DNA of 64,000 nucleotides from Gammaproteobacteria bacterium (GTDB lineage Bacteria; Pseudomonadota; Gammaproteobacteria; Eutrophobiales; Eutrophobiaceae): NCBI GenBank assembly GCA_965222155.1, contig CBDCTH010000012.1, positions 2,656,001 to 2,720,000 of the forward strand, read 5' to 3'. Shown piece by piece: positions 56,586 to 64,000 of this stretch (position 1 is its first letter; each line of letters starts with the position of its first letter). The notes under the pieces were generated by a model. It saw only the letters and a program-made list of their open reading frames with translations, ran no database searches and was not told where the DNA came from. The position numbers and the translations under genes were made by a program.

Positions 56586-57918
56586 CACTAGTGTCCCAAC
56601 GTTTGAGGCCTGGGTAGTTGTAACTTATTGATATAGCTTAATAAACAAATCATTTTTGCCTGTCATCGACTTGAATTCGGCGGCGCCTGCCTGTCCTGCG
56701 CTCACTCCTATTCATTACCAGGGAGTTTTGCCCCATGTATACCGGCAACGTCATCGTCTCTCAAGTCATGGCCCATCTGCCCAGGCATACCTTCCGACGC
56801 TGTGTGCAGCGTTATCGCGGCCACCACAAAGTCAAACGCGTCACCTGCCTCGACCAATTCCTATGTCTGGCCTTCGCTCAACTCACCTACCGGGAGAGCC
56901 GGCGGGATAGCGAAGCCGGCCTGCGCGCACAGCGCCACACGTTGTACCACAGGGGCTTGCGCGGCACCGTCTCACGCAACACCTTGGCCCATGCCAACCC
57001 GACCCGCGACGGGCGCATCTACGCCGACGTCGCCCACGCCTTAATCCACAGCGCCCGACAACTGTCTCTCGACGAGGACGTCGGCCTCGCACTCACACAC
57101 ACCGTCTATGCCCTTGATGCCACCCCCATCGACCTGTGCTTGTCCGTCTTTCCCTGGGCCCGCGTCCGTACCACCAAAGGCGCCGTCAAAGTGCATACGC
57201 TACTCGACCTGCGGGGCAGTATTCCCACGTTTATCCACCTCTCTGACGGCAAACTGCACGCTGTCAAGGGCCTCGACCTGCTACTGCCCGACGCCGGCGC
57301 CCGCTACATCATGGAGCGCGGCCACCTGGACTGCCGCCGCCGCTACACCTTGCAGCAGGCCGCCGCCTGCTTCATCGTCCGGGCCAAGGCCCACTGGCGT
57401 TAGCGCCGCCGCTATGCCCACCCCGTCGATAAACACACCGGCCTCCAGTGCCACCAGACCGTCGTCCTCACCGGCTTCTACGCGGCCAAACACTACCCGG
57501 ATAAACTCCGCAGAGTCAAAGTGACCGACCCGGCAACTGGCCGACAACTGGTCTTCCTCACTAACCACTTCACCTTGCCTGCACACACGATTACCCAACT
57601 GTATCGCTGCCGTTGGCAGGTTGAACTGTTCTTCAAATGGATGAAGCAGCCTCTACGTATCAACGCCTTCTACGGCACCGCCGAGCACGCGGTCAAAACC
57701 CAAATCTGGACCGCCGTGACGGTCTATGTCCTGGTCGCCATTATCAAAAAACGCCTCAATATCCCCCTTAGTCTCTACACACTATTACAGATTTTGAGCG
57801 TGTCCGTCTTTGAGAAAATGCCGCTGGATCATATACTTACCAAAACTGATTACAATATGAAACAACCCGATACACCTAACCAGTTGATTTTATTCGATTA
57901 ATCGTTGGGACACTAATG
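56586..57918 (+). mobile_element. IS4-family element with inactivated transposase (56735-57901, TAG at 57401)
   Basis: IRs CACTAGTGTCCCAACG / CGTTGGGACACTAATG (15/16 match); 9-bp TSD GGCGGTTTT at 56577-56585 and 57919-57927; DUF4372+DDE motifs, YRCRWQVELFFK. Confidence 0.93.
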
Positions 57919-58005
57919 GGCGGTTTTATAGTTTCATTATCTGATAATAAACCGCAAGTCCCAATACTGCAAAATCAACAGATTATATCGGTCCGACCCA
58001 GAAGC

Positions 58006-59448
58006 TCAGGCGATGTGTGTGCGGTATTCGCCGTAGCCGGCTGCCGCTGCCTCACGGATCAGGATATCGAACAACTGATGGGCGCGCTGTTTCTTTTCCG
58101 GGTCATTCTTATCAAATACCAGGGTATAGATATGGTGCACCTCTCGCCAGCCGACGATGAACACGCCCATGTAATCGAAACCGTGTTCATGCGCTCGCTG
58201 CTTCACCATGTTGAATTGTTTGATGGCATCCGCACCGGTTGTCGGGGAAACCGGCGAGAAGTCAATATGACCACCGCCACCCACCCAGTTCACCAGGCCG
58301 AATTTGGTCAGGGTCGGGATTCCGGCCATGGTTTTGGCACGCTGATGCAGGACGTCGTTTTTGTTTTTTCGATCTTCGGGAAAATAAAATTTTGCGCCGG
58401 GGATTGATGCAAAAGCATCCCGGATGATTTCCCAGTGGGCATCCATGATTTTCGGTGGGCCGTAGCGCGCGGCATAAAAGTTCCATGCGCCTATGTCCTG
58501 GTCGGTCATGATCTTTTTACGGATGCTGTCCGGGACGGGGCCGTCATAATATTCCGTCCTGCTGGTATTCAGTGATGCGACCAGGTGCAGGTCGCGTATG
58601 GTCGCGGCATTCTGTATCACCAGGTTGACTTTGAGCGGTCGGATGACCTCCACTGCCTGTTCAATATCCTCATCCCGCTGAAAAGTAATCAGGTAAGGAC
58701 GATAGCCGGGGGGTTCCGGCATCAACCAGACCCCCAGCTTGGTGACTATGCCGTAGTTGGACTGTGTGAATATGCCGTCATGATACGGGCCAAAGCCGTA
58801 TTTGAACAGTTGCCAGGTGTTATTACCCGGCATGGAACCCATGCCCGTGCGGACTACGTCGCCGTCGGCAAGCACTACCTCCATGCCGCATTGGCGCATG
58901 AAGTGGTCGCCGTAAGGCGTGTAACCGGCGCCCCGTTCCAGGGTCGTTCCGAGCACGCTGCCCCAACCGGGATCCGGTACGTCCAGCCAAAGCTTGAGGC
59001 CGCGCGCCTGTATGTAATTGTACAGGTCAAAAAAACTGACCCCGGGTTCAACCAGTGCGTAGCCGAACTGCTCATTGACCTCAAGCACCCGGTTCATGCG
59101 TTTGAGATCAAGCACGACGCTCCCCGGCAGACGCGGCGCGGCGCCGCCGTAGGCCAGGTTTTTCCCGCAGGAAACCGGCCACAGAGGAATGTTGAAGTCA
59201 TCAGCGATCTTCAGGACAGCCTGAATCTCCTGCACACCGTCCGGCGCAATGGAGGCTGAAGGGCGAAAATGGGCTTCATCAACTATCGCGTAGGGGTCGC
59301 GATAACTAATCAGTTCAGCAGTTTCATCGGCGAACACCCAGTTATCGCCTACCACTTCACGAAAAGCAGCCAGGGCCTGGGCAAATTGTTTTCCGGTGAC
59401 GTCCGGAGGGAGTAATTTTTTCACAGTTCCCCTTCCATTTTCTTCCAA
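58006..59448 (-). pseudogene. pchF: PchF/VAO-family FAD oxidoreductase lacking its last ~49 residues
   Basis: SCGKNLAYGG, VEPGVSF, ERGAGYTPYGDH, CGMEVVL, QSNYGIVTK; stops after YRTHIA. Confidence 0.8.
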
Positions 59449-59496
59449 TCATATCGCAATTTATAACATCATGCCGATCAGATTTCCCCCGGCATC

Positions 59497-59674
59497 TCAG
59501 CAGTTCCCGCTAACTCCCGGGATCGAGAGCATCCTGCCCTCGTGGAGGGCGAGACGCCCTCGCTCCCAGGGGAAAATGCCCGTGACTCCTGGGGGACAGA
59601 TTTAAATCTGTCCCCGCTGTCTTCGAATCCGGCAAGAATCACTGTATTGACTTCGAGTTAGCGGGAACACCTGC
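59497..59674 (-). mobile_element. MITE-like repeat, copy B
   Basis: Reverse-complement similarity to 4744-4899. Confidence 0.7.
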
Positions 59675-59879
59675 CGGCATCTTAGCCCGTATATCTCAGT
59701 TCGCTTGTTGTCATCGGATAGTTGTTTGCTGTCAATACGTTATGATAATCTGCTCACTATATTGTCATAACAGGACGCGCTTGATACGCCCTCGCTTGTC
59801 TTTTTGCCGCCAGCCTTTGGTAATAAACGGTCAGCCGAGAAATTTATCCGCTGCCGAGGTGAGCGCATCCAGTTGTTCC

Positions 59880-60055
59880 AGGGGCGGTGCGTGACCGCCA
59901 ACTGCTGCGCCTGCCTGCCAAGCAGGCGTTGACCGGTGTTGCGATGCAAGTCCCGTCTGACCGTGATGCACGCCCGACCCGTGTCCCGGACAATGGCCAT
60001 GTTGGAATAACCCTGTTTCTTCATGTGATATGGTCTCGTTCAGCTTCAACCAGTG
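59880..60055 (-). pseudogene. IS30-family transposase N-terminal remnant
   Basis: ERDHI..MKKQGYSNMAIVRDTGR...RDLHRNTGQR; frameshifted. Confidence 0.6.
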
Positions 60056-60060
60056 GTGCA

Positions 60061-60213
60061 ACAGTTCCCGCTAACTCCCGGGCTCGAGGGCATCCTGCCC
60101 TCGTGGAGGGCGAGACGCCCTCCCTCCCAAGGAAACATGCTCCTTTATGGTCAGAGTATGCCCGAATCCGGCAATAATCACTGTATTGACCTCGATTTAG
60201 CGGGAGCACCTGT
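60061..60213 (-). mobile_element. MITE-like repeat, copy C
   Basis: Shares arms with copies A and B and with the 11072 copy. Confidence 0.7.
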
Positions 60214-60293
60214 CAGCGATGTGTATTGCTTGCTCATGGTAATTACTTCCTGCTATACTATTTATGCTCACTGAACCCGTAGGAAGGTAATCC

Positions 60294-63200
60294 ATGAAGA
60301 TGACTCCTGACCAACGAGTATTCCAATCTCAAGACTCTCAAAACGCCCCGGCCGTTGCGGAGAAGCTGCTCCAATGGGGCGTGCTCGCCTCGAACACCTA
60401 TAACGAGATCGCCGACTACATCAATGCTACGGACACGTACTTTTCGATTGAGCCCGGCGGTGAGATCACGGTGGACATCACCGATCTGACCGACGCGGGT
60501 CAGCAACTCGCCCGCTGGGCCCTGGCGGCCTGGGAGTCGGTGGCGAACCTGACCTTCCGGGAAGTGGAAGACGGCGCCAACATCAAATTTGACGATGAAG
60601 GGCAGAGAGGCTGGACGACTTACGCCTTTTCAAGCGACGGGCTCACCTCAGCCCTGGTGAACGTGCCGAAGACTTGGATAGACAAGTATGGTGACGGGTT
60701 CGGCAGCTGGGCGTTCATGACCTATCTCCATGAGATTGGCCATGCGCTGGGTTTGAACCATGCCTTTAACTACCAGGGCTCTGCTACGTATGATCTGTAT
60801 GAGGTTGACTCCTACCAGACGTCGATCATGTCGTATCTCGATGAACGCAAGGTCGTGCCGATCACGCCAATGATGGCGGACATCCTGGCGATTCAGAAGA
60901 AGTACGGCGCCCCCGAGACCAACCCCGGGGACACCGTGTATGGCTACCAGTCCAACGTCGACGGCTACCTGGGGCAGGTCTTCGCGGCAATCGCCGAGCA
61001 AGACGGTGAGCTTGTGCCGGTGACACTGACGTTGTTCGACAGCGGCGGGGAGGACCGGCTGGACCTGCGCACGGACAAGGCGGACCAGCGGGTGGACTTG
61101 CGTCCGGAAGGCATCTCGGACGTGTACGGACTGAAGAGCAACTGGCGGATAGCGCGGGACACGGTGATTGAGAATCTGATTGCGGGTCAGGGCGATGATC
61201 AGGTGATTGCGAATGCGGTGGCGAACGAGTTGGACGGTGGGCCGGGCAGTGACACGGTGTTGTATGTGGGCTCGGATGCTGGGGTGCAGGTGGACTTGCG
61301 CGCCGGGACTGCCACGGGCGGTCATGCGCAGGGCGACACCCTGAAGAATATCGAGAATCTGCGCGGCTCGGCGCACGGCGATGCGTTACGCGGCGATGCC
61401 GGCGACAACACGCTGCGCGGGCTGGCCGGCGACGACACCCTGGCCGGCAACGGCGGGCGCGACGTGCTGGACGGCGGCGCCGGCAATGACACGCTGGCCG
61501 GCGGCGGCGGGGCGGACCTCCTCTACGGCAGTGGCGGCGCCGACGTGCTGGATGGCGGGACCCATTACGACCTGGTGTCGTATGCGCACTCCCCCGCCGG
61601 AGTGCGGGTGGACGTGCAGCTCGGCACCGGCGCCGGCGGGGATGCCGAGGGCGACACACTCACCAACATCGAGAGCGTCACCGGCTCGGCGCACGACGAC
61701 GAGCTCCGAGGCGACTACGGCACCAACCAGCTGAACGGCCTGGCCGGTAACGACCGGTTGGTAGGGGGCGCCGGGCGCGACGTGCTCTACGGCGGCGCCG
61801 GCAGCGACCGGCTCAGCGGCGGGTCGGGGGCGGACATTTTCTGGTTTATCAGCGCGGCCGACTCGACCCCGGCGACCCCGGACCGGGTGCTGGATTTCTC
61901 AGGCGAGGGGGGTGACGGCGACCGGCTGGACCTGTCCGGCCTGGGCAACGACCTGACGTTTATTGGGACAACGGCCTTTTCCAACAGTGCGGGCGAGGTG
62001 CGCTCTGTGCAGCGCGGCGCGGCCACAAGCAGCGACACCAGTGATGATTACACCGACGTGCTGGTGGACCTGGACGGTAACGGTACAGCGAACGTCAAAG
62101 TGACCCTGGTCGGGCTGCATAGCCTGACACTGGCGGACCTGCCGGGCGTCCAGGCGCCGCCGGCCCCGGTGGTCAAGCCCCGGGACCTCGACGGCACGGC
62201 CGGCGATGATACGTTGGTGGGCGATGCCCAGGACAACACACTGCGCGGCCTGGACGGCAATGACGTACTGGACGGCAGAGCCGGGGCCGACACCCTGGAC
62301 GGGGGCAGCGGGGCGGACACCGCGTCCTACACCGACTCGGACGCCGCGGTGCAGGTGGACTTGGACGCCGGGACGGCCACGGGCGGCCATGCCCAGGGTG
62401 ACACGCTCACCGGCATCGAGCACCTCAGCGGCTCGGCCCATAACGATACACTGCGCGGCGCGGCCGGCGCCAACACGCTGCGCGGGCACGGCGGTGACGA
62501 CGGGCTGGCGGGCCAGGCCGGCGCGGACCGCCTGGAGGGGGGTACGGGCGCGGACACGCTGGACGGCGGCGCCGGGTCAGACACCCTGGCCGGGGGCGCC
62601 GGGGCGGACACCTTCCACTACAAGGCCGCGGCGGACTCGACCGTGGCCAATCCGGACCGGATTGTGGACTTCTCAGGTAGTGACGGGGACGGTGACCAAC
62701 TGGACTTGTCCGGCCTGGGCAACGACCTGACGTTTATCGGGACAACGGCCTTCTCCAACAGTGCGGGCGAGGTGCGCTACGTGCAGCGCGGCGCGGACAC
62801 AAGCAGCAACACCGGCGATGATTACACCGACGTACTGGTTGATGTGGACGGCAACGGCACGGCGAACGTCAAAGTGACTCTGGTCGGATTACACAGCCTG
62901 ACACTGGATGACCTGCCGGGCGTACAGGCGCCGCCGGCCCCGGTGGTCAAGCCCCGGGACATCGACGGCACACCGGGCGATGATACGTTGGTGGGCGATG
63001 ACCAGGCCAACGTCCTGCGCGGCCTGGCCGGCAACGACGTCCTGGACGGCAGGGCCGGGGCGGACACCCTGGACGGGGGCAGCGGGGCGGACACGGCGGC
63101 CTACACCGACTCGGACGCCGCGGTGCAGGTGGACTTGCGCGCCGGGACTGCCAGTGGCGGTCATGCACAAGGCGACACCCTGACGAGCATTGAGCACCTG

Positions 63201-64000
63201 CGCGGCTCGGCGCACGCGGATGTGCTGCGCGGGGACGACAGTGCCAACCGGCTGTGGGGGGGCGCCGGGGCTGACAAGCTGGTGGGGCTGGGTGGTCATG
63301 ACCGCTTGTATGGCGAGGCGGGCGCTGACCGCCTGTTCGGCAGCTGGGGGGACGACGTACTGGAGGGCGGCGCCGGCGCAGACGTGCTGGACGGTGAAGG
63401 CGGTACCGACACGCTGTCCTATGCCGGCTCTGCGTCAGGGGTGGCGGTCAACCTGGCCAGCGGCGCCGTGTCGGGCGGGGATGCCCAGGGTGACACGATT
63501 GCCAGCGTTGAGAACGTGCTCGGCTCCGCGCAGGCCGATGTGCTGCGCGGGAACAGCAGCGCCAACCGGCTGGACGGCGGGGCCGGGGATGATACCTTAC
63601 GCGGGGCCGGCGGCGCCGACACCCTGGCCGGCGGGGCCGGGGCCGACACCGCGTCCTACACCGACTCCACGGCGGCGGTGCAGGTGGACCTGGGGACTGA
63701 CACGGCGAGCGGCGGCCATGCCCAGGGTGACACGCTCACCGGCATCGAGCACCTCAGCGGCTCGGCCCATAACGATACACTGCGCGGCGCGGCCGGCGCC
63801 AACACGCTGCGCGGGCACGGCGGTGACGACGGGCTGGCGGGCCAGGCCGGCGCGGACCGCCTGGAGGGGGGTCCCGGCGCGGACACGCTGGACGGCGGTG
63901 CCGGGTCAGACACCCTGGCCGGGGGGAGTGGGGCAGACACTTTCCGATACAGTGCGACAGCGGACTCGACCGTGGCCAACCCGGACCGCATCCTGGACTT
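60294..64000 (+). CDS. Second serralysin-like RTX metalloprotease, open to window end (absent from the ORF track)
   Basis: ATG 60294 after AGGAAGG; [13 protein letters not shown]...[16 protein letters not shown]; the same frame is in use at 63951. Confidence 0.88.
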   Translation, partial: MKMTPDQRVFQSQDSQNAPAVAEKLLQWGVLASNTYNEIADYINATDTYFSIEPGGEITVDITDLTDAGQQLARWALAAWESVANLTFREVEDGANIKFDDEGQRGWTTYAFSSDGLTSALVNVPKTWIDKYGDGFGSWAFMTYLHEIGHALGLNHAFNYQGSATYDLYEVDSYQTSIMSYLDERKVVPITPMMADILAIQKKYGAPETNPGDTVYGYQSNVDGYLGQVFAAIAEQDGELVPVTLTLFDSGGEDRLDLRTDKADQRVDLRPEGISDVYGLKSNWRIARDTVIENLIAGQGDDQVIANAVANELDGGPGSDTVLYVGSDAGVQVDLRAGTATGGHAQGDTLKNIENLRGSAHGDALRGDAGDNTLRGLAGDDTLAGNGGRDVLDGGAGNDTLAGGGGADLLYGSGGADVLDGGTHYDLVSYAHSPAGVRVDVQLGTGAGGDAEGDTLTNIESVTGSAHDDELRGDYGTNQLNGLAGNDRLVGGAGRDVLYGGAGSDRLSGGSGADIFWFISAADSTPATPDRVLDFSGEGGDGDRLDLSGLGNDLTFIGTTAFSNSAGEVRSVQRGAATSSDTSDDYTDVLVDLDGNGTANVKVTLVGLHSLTLADLPGVQAPPAPVVKPRDLDGTAGDDTLVGDAQDNTLRGLDGNDVLDGRAGADTLDGGSGADTASYTDSDAAVQVDLDAGTATGGHAQGDTLTGIEHLSGSAHNDTLRGAAGANTLRGHGGDDGLAGQAGADRLEGGTGADTLDGGAGSDTLAGGAGADTFHYKAAADSTVANPDRIVDFSGSDGDGDQLDLSGLGNDLTFIGTTAFSNSAGEVRYVQRGADTSSNTGDDYTDVLVDVDGNGTANVKVTLVGLHSLTLDDLPGVQAPPAPVVKPRDIDGTPGDDTLVGDDQANVLRGLAGNDVLDGRAGADTLDGGSGADTAAYTDSDAAVQVDLRAGTASGGHAQGDTLTSIEHLRGSAHADVLRGDDSANRLWGGAGADKLVGLGGHDRLYGEAGADRLFGSWGDDVLEGGAGADVLDGEGGTDTLSYAGSASGVAVNLASGAVSGGDAQGDTIASVENVLGSAQADVLRGNSSANRLDGGAGDDTLRGAGGADTLAGGAGADTASYTDSTAAVQVDLGTDTASGGHAQGDTLTGIEHLSGSAHNDTLRGAAGANTLRGHGGDDGLAGQAGADRLEGGPGADTLDGGAGSDTLAGGSGADTFRYSATADSTVANPDRILD

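Noticed and set aside
56735-57901. DGR-type adenine mutagenesis as explanation for the IS4 changes
   Set aside because: DGRs mutate A to any base on one strand of a short VR; here changes are A>C and T>G across 1.2 kb with no RT or TR in view.
47689-64000. Many long antisense and alternative-frame ORFs over the RTX genes
   Set aside because: Shadow ORFs of GC-rich repetitive coding sequence, with no independent motifs.

Overview
Bacterial chromosomal window, probably Proteobacteria (judged from gene content only). Housekeeping and catabolic genes alternate with decaying accessory DNA. The catabolic genes are metY, maeB, a hydantoinase/oxoprolinase-MFS-flavin monooxygenase cluster, the liuRABCD leucine-degradation operon, a TTQ amine dehydrogenase with TonB receptor and TetR, NDH-2, and a split pchF/pchC flavocytochrome. 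A defence island (about 5.5-8.6 kb and 16.3-28.1 kb) carries a GmrSD-like nuclease, several TA pairs and a type I R-M system. Its hsdM and hsdR are interrupted only by five in-frame TAG codons, and its hsdS is fused to an MNT antitoxin next to a HEPN toxin gene. Two giant serralysin-like RTX metalloproteases with shuffled modules occupy the right end. The most striking signal is an IS4-family element (56586-57918) with intact inverted repeats and a perfect 9-bp target duplication. Its transposase appears saturated with A>C/T>G transversions, while neighbouring duplicated DNA and pseudogenes differ mostly by transitions. This suggests transposon-targeted, RIP-like hypermutation and needs read-level and homolog checks. 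No rRNA, tRNA or CRISPR array was seen. All homolog comparisons are from recalled family consensus, not database searches.
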